Positions 1 to 10,535 of a stretch of 64,000 nt of DNA are shown piece after piece (position 1 is the stretch's first letter; the number at the start of each line of letters is the position of its first letter). Source of the stretch: Chlorokybus atmophyticus (lineage: Eukaryota > Plantae > Mesostigma and Chlorokybus algae); NCBI GenBank assembly GCA_009103225.1, contig RHPI01002272.1, positions 126,417-190,416 on the forward strand, in the 5' to 3' direction. The notes beneath the pieces were generated by a model, which was given only the letters and a program-made list of their open reading frames with translations, was not told the DNA's origin and did not search any database. The translations under genes and the position numbers were made by a program.

Positions 1-2539
1 TAAGTTATTGAAAGCGTTGCAATCTGAGCTAGTAATTGAGGATGATGCGATGGTTGCTACACTTGTGAAACATTCAAATACTCCACTAACAGCCACTCCA
101 AGTGCAATTGCACACATTAGTCATATGTCCACGTATGTATCAGAACAATTACCTGCGAGTCAACTGTTGGTGGGTGCGAATTGAGACCATTGAGACAAGT
201 ATTGTCCACATGTGAAGCTTATGCAAATCCACAGGCTGTAAACCTGCTATAAACACCAACAACAACAACAACAACGTCTAGTACATGTCACAATGCAGCG
301 CTGGCTGAAGTAGAGTCTCAATGTACGTAACAGCACAGCGACAACGACAATGACAGAATCACGCATTCCGCTAGCCGTCAACCCACCTCATCACTCTTGT
401 CACCAACATTGCGCCACCATATACCTGGGCTGCCACGACCCCGTCCGACGCCCACCCGCACGCCCACTCGCATCTGCCTCATCACGCATAAACCAGCGTG
501 TGAGGCATGTAGCTTCAACCCCCTTTGTCGTGCACACGTGATGTGCAGTTGTTGGTGAATGCTGTGAATGAATGCTGCTACCCAAGTACACATAATATGT
601 CATGTAGGCAACACGCATTGCACTCGCACGTGCACAATGTGTACTGAATGGAGTGGGTAGAAGAGACTCCCACAGCGTACAAGTGCGAAGGTATTCAGTC
701 CAGATTAGTAATCAGTGACGATTAGACTTACCACAAGCAATAGGGCCCAGAGAAAGCATGGGGTTGCATTTGTTTTCTTGAGAGGCGACTTGGATTTGAT
801 GTCTGCATGACAAACTGCCAGTGCGCATGCATGCAGGTGCGCTTGTATGTAAGAGCGCGCTTGATTGTGCGCAAAAGGGCTGTGGTGTACCATGAGTATG
901 TGCGTAGATGTACCAGGAGTGACAGCAACACACATGAAGGTTCAGCGATGCGCATGCACAAGAAAGCAATAGAAAGGCTGGGCTGGAGAGAGAGATGGAA
1001 AGACGGCAGGTTGTCTTCTGCTACTTACCAAGGAAACGGCAGTAATTGCTACACACCGAGCGTAAACCCGCTGCCAACATCATCACGCGCCGCCGCCACC
1101 CAACGCTGTCTCGATAATGATAACTAAGCCATTAAGCTCATCACCAGATTGTCTTTGTTGGGCGGGAGCGGCGGCCAGCCTTGTCGTCTATGCCGTGGAG
1201 TAAACAGGCGTCCTTCTCGCTGCCTGGCGGGTGGCTTCCTCCACCTTAACCTTACCGGCATTAGCAGCACAGGTGAAAGTATTACAGGTCGGCTCCCACT
1301 CCGCCGCTTCCGCTTTTCCTCTCTCGCTTCTCATTCCCAATTGCACGCAATCAGCTGGTCTGCACTCTCCTTATCAATGGCCATTGTCTGTAAGAAAGTA
1401 CATTTGAGCCGACATGCATGTCGGGTCGCAAGAGGATGTGGGCGGATGTTGCTTGCTGGGCATGTGTTGAAGAGAATGCCTGCAGGTTTGTGTGAACATG
1501 AGCCAGTAAAAGTGAGAGTCCATGAGCATGCCAGTAACAGAGAGCGTACACATGTCTGTGAGTGTGTGGTTGGAGAACTTGCACGTAGAGCTTTGTGCGT
1601 AACTGCATGTGGGGACGTTGATTGGTAGCATGTAGCGCTTGACTTGTGAGTCAGTGGTCTTGTCTATGTTATGACAGTATTATGTCAAAGGTGCAGCGTT
1701 GTCCAACTCATATTAACACTTGATGTTGCGCGCGTGTCCTGCTGTTGTCCCGTTGCCGACAGCCATTTTCGTATGTTGACGGGTGACAGCACCCTTACAC
1801 ACTACCATGCTTCATGCTGTGCAGTGCAGCTGTAATGTGTTTGCGTTGTGCACGTATCATGTCCCAGCAATGTACAAACATCTTACTTGCTCCCATGCAT
1901 GCCCAGTAAGCTTCCAACATCCAACCCATTGTTGCTCTTTACAGGGCAGCGCTGGGAGAGCAGTAGGATGTTGTGTACAGCATCCAGCATGACGCACTCA
2001 ACAACCTTGCGCTGTGTTAGGTGTTCTCGGAATGGTTCGTGCGCTGGTCGCTCTGCCTACACCAAAAGGACTGGCTAGTGCGCAGCGTCAGCAACAACAT
2101 TAGTCAGCCAGTGAAGCTTCACTTTTTGGGATCACCCCAACCGACTAAGGACAGCTGTGCGGCAAATGGTTGGTAGTCTATTACAGGGGTGATGCGGTTG
2201 CATGCGCACAACACATGCACATGGGTGCCAAGGAACCTGCCATCATGCACCTGGTAAGGTGTAGTATACGAGTGTAGGTTACATATGAGACACACATCAG
2301 CTTAAAGCAGCTTGTGAGTCTCTCATACTTCGCTCACAACGGGGATGGGACATCCTGCTCCACCCTTTTTAGGCATGCAAATCAAGCGGAGTTATAAGCG
2401 TAATTGGTACATAGAGACCGAATTCTCACCAGCCGGCGCCCACAAATTGAGTCAGTTCGCTCTTGCAGGCTCCGCTAAAGAGGCCTCATTCCTAGGAGTG
2501 GCATTACTAACGCTGCTGAAGTGCGGTGTGCGCTGACCA

Positions 2540-3067
2540 GGGGGGGGGGGGGGGGGGGGGGNNNNNNNNNNNNNNNNNNNNNNNNNNNNNNNNNNNNNNN
2601 NNNNNNNNNNNNNNNNNNNNNNNNNNNNNNNNNNNNNNNNNNNNNNNNNNNNNNNNNNNNNNNNNNNNNNNNNNNNNNNNNNNNNNNNNNNNNNNNNNNN
2701 NNNNNNNNNNNNNNNNNNNNNNNNNNNNNNNNNNNNNNNNNNNNNNNNNNNNNNNNNNNNNNNNNNNNNNNNNNNNNNNNNNNNNNNNNNNNNNNNNNNN
2801 NNNNNNNNNNNNNNNNNNNNNNNNNNNNNNNNNNNNNNNNNNNNNNNNNNNNNNNNNNNNNNNNNNNNNNNNNNNNNNNNNNNNNNNNNNNNNNNNNNNN
2901 NNNNNNNNNNNNNNNNNNNNNNNNNNNNNNNNNNNNNNNNNNNNNNNNNNNNNNNNNNNNNNNNNNNNNNNNNNNNNNNNNNNNNNNNNNNNNNNNNNNN
3001 NNNNNNNNNNNNNNNNNNNNNNNNNNNNNNNNNNNNNGGGGGGGGGGGGGGGGGGGGGGGGGGGGGG
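2540..3067. other. Assembly gap (N 2562-3037) flanked by poly-G runs
   Basis: 476 Ns bounded by G homopolymers; contiguity across the gap cannot be checked. Confidence 0.98.
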
Positions 3068-3529
3068 CGCGGGGCCGATGTACCTAATCTCGTGGGTGAG
3101 CGGGGCCTTGAGTTCCAGCAGGTTACAGCCGTTCAAGCAGACCCTTTCTGGGCGGCTATCAGAACAAACTCAAGGTGTCTCAGCAGCCTGGAATTTTTGA
3201 CCACCTTGTAGCAAATCCACACAGCCAGCCCGGGCATGTCAGAATCCTTGTGCAGTCTCTTAATATATGACGTTCTTCAGCATGACACGACTAATGAAAT
3301 TGATTTGTTACCGTTGTCGCCAATCTAACATAACACTCCCCACATCCTGTTCGCTAGAGTGTGTCAACACACTTTACTGCTTATACCGCAATGTTGCGGT
3401 ATAAGCAGACAAAACGGCAACAGGCGCACATTTTTGCCATACTTAACAAAGGCGCTATGAAGCAGAGCGTTGTTAGAGAGCCTATGACTGTTGGCAATGT
3501 GCATAGTCTGGCATGGTAGGCGCCTACCA

Positions 3530-3720
3530 CACCTGTCTCAAAGGGCCTACGCCTTGTCGTACTTGCCCTGCCTTTGCAGCACGAGTGCCAGGTTGTCAAC
3601 AGCCGTTGCGGTGTTGGGGTGGTCCGGCCCCAGCTTCGCCCCGTTACTCGCTAGCCTTTGCAGGGCTGTGGCCTTGGCCGTACTTGCCCTAACTCGTACA
3701 GTTACATCGCAATATCCCAA
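3530..3720 (-). pseudogene. Degenerate TPR fragment, paralogous to the TPR repeats at 7640-7990
   Basis: Minus strand reads ATALQRLASNGAKLGPDHPNTATAVDNLALVLQRQGKYDKA*AL*, matching RLGPDHPDTAMSHISLALVLQEQGRYGEA; has stops and a frameshift. Confidence 0.75.
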
Positions 3721-4649
3721 AAGCGTAGCCAGCGTGACAAGCCTTGATCTTTAGCCTGCTGCAAACTGCGTTGGCATCTGCGCTAAGTACTCTGCTGCCC
3801 TGCTGGTGCATCCTTGCAGCATAGGAAGGCTACACAACAGCCCTCGACCACCAAGAGCTGCGACTGCCATTGTAGTCAGAACAATAAGCCTCGCCACTGG
3901 TTGTGTACCCAGCGAGTCAGGTCGGTTGTCAAACAACCGGCACAGTACAACAGCAGCAAGCGTTTGACACCACGTCCATCGCCTGCGTGACAGCGTGTGT
4001 AGGTCGGTGCTCAAGAGTGAGTGTGCATGCGCTGAGTTCGGTCTATGAGATTGGATGAGGTAATGTGCACGCACATGTGCGCAAGTCAGCTTGCGTACCC
4101 GTCTGTGTAGGTCGGTATGAGAGTGGCTACGTGCGTGTTCGCGTGTCAGTCTTTGTAGGCCTAAGAGAGGGTATGTGCGGGGCACGTGCTCCATAGTATA
4201 ATTAGCGCACGCGTGTCAGTCTTTGTAGGCCTAAGATGTGTTGCTGTATGCATATGCGTGTACATGTGTATCTGCGCACAATTTGTGTATGCCAGTTTGA
4301 GCAGCTGTGCAACATGAGCATGTGCATGTGGCTGCTCTTACCTGGTAGTGTTCGGGGCTACCATATCTGGCAGCGCCAGTTTGCCTCCCGCCTACGTCCT
4401 TGCACATGATAAGAAGACAACAAAAGGATGCTGGCAATGCCGCCAAGCCGCTGTACTTGCTTCCGTCCTGCTCCTGTTGCACTGCGAGTCCACTGGCAGA
4501 TCACTAGAGCTAACAATTAGCCATACTTGCTTCTGTCCAGCTCCTCCAGCAGCTCCTCCAGCCGCAACAACGCAGCAACAACAGCAGGAGCCAGCTTATG
4601 GACAGATGACCCCTAGCCAGCCGCACCAGCCAGGGGGAGCACCCACGTT

Positions 4650-5544
4650 GGTCAGCTTTCACAGAGTAGCCAGCTTGCCGAAGGAGTCCAGCAGCGCCAC
4701 CAAGCTGTTGTGCGAAGGCATTGAGAACAGCTCTTGCAGTTTAGCGAGCTTGCCGAAGGAATCTGGCCTCCAAGCTGGTGCACCAGTTTAGCACCAGACA
4801 TTGCAAGTGAGCGAGCTCGTCGAAGGACTCCGGCAGTGCCGTCAAGCTGCTGCACCAGGTCAAGTACAGCGTCCGCAGCGAAACGAGCTCGCCAAAGGAC
4901 TCCGGCAGCGCCCCCAAGCTGCCGCACCTGCTCAGGTCCAGTGTATGCAAATCAGCGAGCTTGCAGAAGGACTCCGGCAGCACTGCCAAGCTGTTGCAAC
5001 CGCTTAGATTCAGCTCTTGCAGCTTAGCAAGCTTGCCGAAGGACTTTGGCAGCTCTGCCAAGCTGTCGCACCCGCGCAGTTTCAGCGTTTGCAGAGCTGT
5101 GAGATTTCCAAAAGACTCGGGGAGCACGCTTAACCCCGTGTTGGTGAAGTCCAGAGTCTGTAGCATAGCTAGCTCGCCAAGCGCTTAAGGTATTTCTTTT
5201 AGGCATCCACAGCCCCGCAGCACAAGGACTTGCAGCGCCTGAAGGTTTCTGATGGACTCAGTCACTACCATTGCAACATCATCATTATGAACGGTTTGTT
5301 CTATGATTAAGACGACCAAGTTTGTGCAGTCTGCAAGTTTTGGCAGCAGCGTCAATAGAGCTGAACAGCGTGGACGTTTCCACTTCAGATAGACCAGCTT
5401 TTTAGGGACCGCCCCGAGAAAATTGCCATTCCAATCAGTCATGCCAAGATCCAGCATGCGGAGACAAGGCATTGAAGGCATGCCAAATATTGTTTCTTTC
5501 TCGTCAACATCAGCCAAAGACATAGTCTCAACCTTCTCATAGGC
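4650..5544 (-). pseudogene. LRR region of the NLR, decayed
   Basis: LxxLxLxxCxxLxxLPESFGxL repeats; in-frame TAA at 5187-5185 (LKEIP*ALGEL), a frameshift near 4765-4770 and a TGA near 4655. Confidence 0.88.
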
Positions 5545-8500
5545 CTGCATGCAGCAATGAAAACCCGCGTTAGTCAACACCGTGACATGAAGGCACCGTG
5601 ACATGAAGGCACTGAGATGCGCATTGCTAGCACCTCCTGAGGTATGTCTCCTAATGCCTTTGGGTTCCAGATGTTCTTGGACGAGCTACCAATAGTGTCA
5701 TTGACAATCATTCGCCCCATGTCACGGAGTTGGTCGTGTACAGAGAACACCACATCGGACTCATCGGCCACACACATGCCATAATGAAAGCCATCTATCG
5801 CGATTGGTACCAAGCGCACGAGGGACAACTCCACCAAGCCATCCAGCGTATCTGACGCGTTGCCCCACGCTGGAAGCAGCATGTCCTTGCTCTTCCCCAA
5901 TGCAAAGCAGCAGATGTCCAAAAACATTTGCTGTTCCTCGTGTGACAGATAGTCGTAGCTGAGCTTGAGCTTTTCCCACAGCTTTTTGTCAGCTGTACCT
6001 GCCTTCCCGGTTGCCTTCTGCAATCGCTACAGTGCCTGGTTCCAAGCCGGCACATCAGTATGTTTGCGCGTGCGGAGAAAGGAGCCCACAACCTCCAGCG
6101 CAAGGGGCAGGCCCTGGCACTGCTTAATGATATCTTCAACAGTGGTGTTCAGATCTGGAGGCACTACTTGCGATTTGAAGGCATGTTGGCAGAACAGTTC
6201 TCTAGCAAATTGGTCGTTGAGTAGCGGCACTTCCTCCACCAATGTATGCTTCTCATGCCCTTCCAGTAAGGAGCGGTTGCGCGAGGTCACTAGCACAACA
6301 CTGCCAGTACCAAGACGACTGTCTTCTCCAATGTTGAAAGGACCGAGCAGGGCTTCTTTTTGGTCCATGTCCCAGATGTCATCAACAAACAGCAACACCT
6401 TTTGCCCTTTCAAGCGTTGATCCAGGATAGCCTTTCCTCCTGAAATGGAGTTGAATGCATCTCCAGACTCGGGAGAACTCCCGAGCTCTTTGAGCATCTG
6501 CTTTTGCAGCTGTACCAGCCTCCCGTTGTTTTGACAAGGTTCATTTCCGACCTCTACAAAGCAGCTGCTGCCAGCATAGTCGCTGTGCAGCTTGTTGTAT
6601 ATCGCCTTTGCGAGTGTAGTCTTTCCAATGCCGCCCATGCCCCAAAGACCCAGCATGACGACCTTGCCTCCAGCGGCAGCAGCACTCAGCTTCTGGAGCA
6701 CATCTTCAAGGCGCACTTCAATGTCTACTGGGTGACTGGCAACTTCCAAAACAGGGCGGGGTAACTTTCTCAACACATCTTTTACCACTTGCTCTGCTAA
6801 AGCAGCCGTGGTACTGACAAAGAGCAAATGTTAGGAACCAATGCAAAGACGCAGCAGTGACGTACGGATCACAACTCGTCTCACTTGAATTGATCAAGCC
6901 TCCATCCCGGTTTGTTGAATGCTTCATCCAACGCTGTACAGTAAGCAGATGCGTTTTGAACAAATCGCTCCTCACCACGCAGCTTTGCACTGAGACCAAA
7001 AACTCTCAGGAACAATCTGCTGATTGAGGTGGAGCAACACTCGCCTGCGAATGCTTGACTGAATAGAGTATTTCAGTGTGTCAAAATCGTCGTCAAAGAA
7101 GATAGGCATGATAACGTATGCCGGATCCTCCATCATGATGCGCAGCTCCTCAAGGCAGTACCAGGAGTGTCCATAACCGCGCGAAAGAACAGGAATCTTG
7201 ATGCGAGAGGACCGCAGATTGGCAATGATGACATCCCACGCTTTGTTAATTTCCCCGGGCTGCAAGCTGAGCTCATCAACAAAGCAGGTGATGTTAACCT
7301 TGTCAAGACCGCGCTGCAGATAGTCGACAAAATTGTCTTTAACGTCAGGCCCTCTATGGCTGAGAAAACTATCGCAGCGAGCGTGAGGAGTAGTCTTCAA
7401 TAGCGGCAACTTGTCTCCGTCTGCAACACGCAAGTTAACTTGTCAGTAGTCTCATGGAGCATTATGATATCTAAAGACTTGCCTTGCACTCAGCTGGACC
7501 CAAAAAGGGTTACGGGTTGCGCAGCAATTAAGCTTGACCCCGGGCGCACAATACACATCAACACAAGACATAACAGCACACAAGCATGTGAGCATAGGAA
7601 TGTTGGTGTTGTCACCAGTTTACCACTGAGGTTTGCAACAGGGGCGCTGTGCTTGCCGGGATCACTCAGGACGGGTGCCAGGTCGCTAGGTGAGTTCGCA
7701 GTGTCGGGGTGGTCTGGTTCCAGTTTCGCTGCTTGTATCACCAGAGCACGTTTGCTGGATGCCGCGGCCCCACTGTACTTGCCCTGCTCACGCAGCACGC
7801 TTGTTGACTTGGTAATAGTATCTGCGGTGTGGAGGTTCAGCCCCAGCCTCGCTTTGTTAATTGCCAGCGCCCGTCTTTGCAGGGCCTTGGCCTCACCATA
7901 TCGACCCTGCTCCTGCAGCACGAGTGCCAGGCTGATGTGGGACATCGCAGTGTCAGGGTGGTCCGGCCCCAGCCTCGTTTCACGGATAGCCAACGCCCAT
8001 CTGTAAAGAAGCTCAGCCGCGCTGTATTTGCCCTCGTCTTCACCCTCTGGAAGCGCCCTGGGCACCACATACGCAATGTGCTCCATGTCTTCTACAATCA
8101 TGCCCGCGTCAGCAATGGCAAGGACGGCAGCCTTGGCAATCTGATCTCCCCATTCTCTCTTCCCCTCCCATCTGCCATAACTCTGCACTAGAGGGTGAAA
8201 AGCTAATCTTCCGTCCGGCATCCGCTCGGCTAGCGCATACTTGTTGAGCAGTCCCACCGCATTACCCATATCTTGGGTGCTGTAGTCTTTCGCCAGCAAG
8301 GCAGAAGCAGCACGTGTCAATAACTCCAACCTGATCGGAGATGCAGAAAACCTTCCACCCAACCAGAGAAAGTGTCTGGCCAAAGCCACCGCCCGGGGAT
8401 ATCTAACATCATTCACCATCATCTCCACACTTGTGTTAAACATGGTGATTAACTTCCGCATTTGCTGAAACTCGGGGTCGTCCAACTCTTCGTCACCTTC

Positions 8501-10535
8501 TTGTGTCAGCAACTCCAAGATCCAATCCGGATCGTGCCCACCCTCGTGCATCAGTCTGGCAGAAACTGCTAAGGCCCAAGCATGGCACCCTAGAGCAACG
8601 GCAAGCTTCTTAAGCCTGTCATCGGGCATCTCGGGCGACAGCCCTGATCTCAGCAACTCACAAGCATCCTTCTCTGTAAGGTTCTGCAGCTTCAGGAGGC
8701 CGCAATTGGTTGCATGCATTTGCTGACGAGCAGTCATCACGACATGACAAGGCCCTTCCCTCGGTAGGTATTTCAAGTACTGCTGCTCATCGTCTACATT
8801 GTCAATCACCAGCAGACAAGGGGTCTCCGACTGTTCCAATGCTGTCTGGATCTCCGAGACAATGTCTCGGTTCTGGTACTCAGTAGGTGAATGCATTGCC
8901 CCGGACCTATCAGTTGACAGGGTTACTTGAAAGGGTTACCAAGGGTTTCATCAACCGCAATTGCATGAGCCACCAGAGTTCTTACTTGCTGTCATCGTTG
9001 CCTTGGTTGATGCCCAGTGATTTTGCCAACCTTAGAAAGTTACTTGGCAACCCCCCTTTGCTGGCGTCAATCCAAAGCAGCTTGTCGTACTGGTGCTTAT
9101 GGCTATATGCGTACTTCAATGCCAGCTGCGTCTTGCCAACACCCCCCATGCCTTGGATACAAACGCAGCCACAGTCATCTTTCAACATGGTTTCCAGCTC
9201 GGTCATCTCTCTGCCCCTCCCAACAAACTGCTTGTTGTCATGGAACGGCAGCATGTTGACTCTCTTCCCTGTGGTATGCAGTCGTCCCAGCCGCTTGCAA
9301 ACATTGCGGACAATGGCATCGACGTAAGTGTCCTCGTAATCGTCACGTTTCTTGACCATAAAACTGCATACAGCTTCAAGTTTATGAACCGTTTGTGTCC
9401 AGTCTTCTTCACTCATATTGCAAGCTCTCCACAGCTCGCCACCCGGGTGATGGGCCCAGACTTTACCCACTGAATGCAATAGATGCAACATGGTCAGTAT
9501 GAGGGACCGGAGGGTAACTTCACAGTTTAGTCACAAACAATGTTGCAATGTACCTCCATTCTTGATAGAATATGCAGTTAAGTCGCCGGGGGTAAGACCG
9601 TAACAGACTGGTAGACAATTCTCTCGACCCAAGAACATCTGCAGCGCTTTCATGCAGCACTCGCTAGAAAAGAACCTCGGAGACAGCACCATAACGCCAC
9701 ATGCTGCCGTTTGCATGGCTGAGTCTATTTGTTCGAGTGAACAGCTGCCCATTCGCAATGATGGATCATCCATGAAAACCTGTAGCTTCTGCCTCTCAAG
9801 CTCGCGCTTCAGCCATGCACTGAAACCTCGAGTTATGTCTGGACCCTGCTGTGAGAGAAAGACGTCGTACTGTTGCTTGTTGTCATGAAATGGCAGCGTG
9901 TTGACTCTCGTCCCTGTGGTGCGCAGTCGTCCCAGCCGCTTGCAAACATTGCGGACAATGGCATCGACGTAAGTGTCCTCGTAATCGTCATGTTCTTTGA
10001 ACATCATGGAATGAGTTGCAAGTTTTTGAACCGTTTGTGTCCAGTCTTCTTCCCTCATGTTGCAAAATCTCCACGGCTCGCCCCCGTGATGCTGCCAGAC
10101 TGTACCCTCTGCATTCAATAATTGCAACATGGTCAGTATGAGGGACCGGAGGGGTACTGATTCCCGGTTTAGTCACAATCAATGTTGCAATGTACCTCTA
10201 TTCTTCATCCCATCTGCATTGATGTCGCTGGGGGTGAGACCGTAACAGACTGGTAGACAATTCTCTCGACCCAAGAACATGTGCAGCGCTTTCATGCAGC
10301 AATGGCTATAAAAGAACCCCGGAGACAGCACCACAACGCCATATGCTGCCGTTTGCATGGCTGAGTCTACTTGTTTGAGTGAACAGCTGCCCATTCGCAA
10401 TGATCGATTATCCATGAAAACCTGTAGCTTCTGCCTCTCAAGCTCGCGCTTCAGCCATGCATTGAAATCTCGCTTTATGTCTGGATCCTGATGAGAGAGA
10501 AAGACGTCATACTGTTTCCCTTCATGCACAGACAT
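4650..10535 (-). CDS. Multi-exon NLR/STAND locus: TIR-TIR-NB-TPR-TIR-NB-ARC-LRR, with the 3' part disrupted
   Basis: Phase-compatible GT-AG introns at 10195-10109, 9553-9470, 8985-8907, 7623-7421, 6975-6814 and 5633-5545 join all ORF-track segments in frame. The 5' end upstream of the ATG at 10535 is uncertain. Confidence 0.75.
5634..6813 (-). CDS. NLR exon: second, plant-type NB-ARC with an in-frame TAG at 6029-6027
   Basis: GMGGIGKTTLAKAIYN, LLFVDDIWD, VLVTSRN, CQGLPLALEVVGSFL, WNQAL*RLQK, LKLSYDYL, MFLDICCF, VHDQLRDMGR. The two ORF-track entries share one frame separated by a single stop. Confidence 0.9.
6976..7420 (-). CDS. NLR exon: TIR domain 3
   Basis: CDSFLSHRGPDVKDNFVDYL...CFVDELSLQPGE...IPVLSRGYGHSWYCLEELRIMM...MPIFF. 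Confidence 0.92.
7624..8906 (-). CDS. NLR exon: rest of first NB domain plus TPR repeats
   Basis: LLVIDNVDD (Walker B), VVMTAR (sensor 1), LGCHAWAL (GxP-like), FHPLVQ, then repeats RLGPDHPDTAMSHISLALVLQEQGRYGEA. Confidence 0.88.
8986..9469 (-). CDS. NLR exon: end of TIR2 plus first STAND NTPase P-loop
   Basis: FVGRGREMTEL...IQGMGGVGKTQLALKYAY (Walker A)...LLWIDAS. Confidence 0.9.
9554..10108 (-). CDS. NLR exon: end of TIR1 plus TIR domain 2 (tandem duplicate)
   Basis: YDVFLSQQGPDITRGFSAWLKRELERQKLQVFMDD...VLSPRFFSSECCMKAL; close DNA-level copy of the TIR1 unit. Confidence 0.9.
10196..10535 (-). CDS. NLR exon: TIR domain 1
   Basis: YDVFLSHQDPDIKRDFNAWLKRELERQKLQVFMD...VVVLSPGFFYSHCCMKAL...LPVCY (TIR motifs). 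Confidence 0.9.

Noticed and set aside
1-2500. Protein-coding genes in 1-2.5 kb, 11-13.9 kb and 62.6-64 kb
   Set aside because: Only short ORFs in CA/TG-rich low-complexity sequence with no recognisable motifs. Small exons cannot be excluded without RNA data.
2507-3200. Poly-Pro/poly-Gly ORFs across 2.5-3.2 kb
   Set aside because: Artefacts of the N gap and flanking G homopolymers.
5185-6029. In-frame TAG/TAA as evidence for a TAR-to-Gln genetic code or programmed readthrough
   Set aside because: Long ORFs (1296-aa Copia, 1177-aa pol, 468-aa NB-TPR) contain no in-frame TAA/TAG, and the same region also has TGA stops and frameshifts. Ordinary decay explains the stops.
7013-7040. 28-nt GC-AG micro-intron (and a 29-nt GT-AG candidate near 10680-10708)
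   Set aside because: Far shorter than the other 79-203 nt introns. A conventional 6975-6814 intron already keeps the frame. Needs RNA data.
4650-10535. Prokaryotic anti-phage system (Thoeris/Avs-like TIR-STAND operon)
   Set aside because: Phase-matched spliceosomal introns, plant-type NB-ARC motifs and LTR-retrotransposon context indicate a eukaryotic gene.
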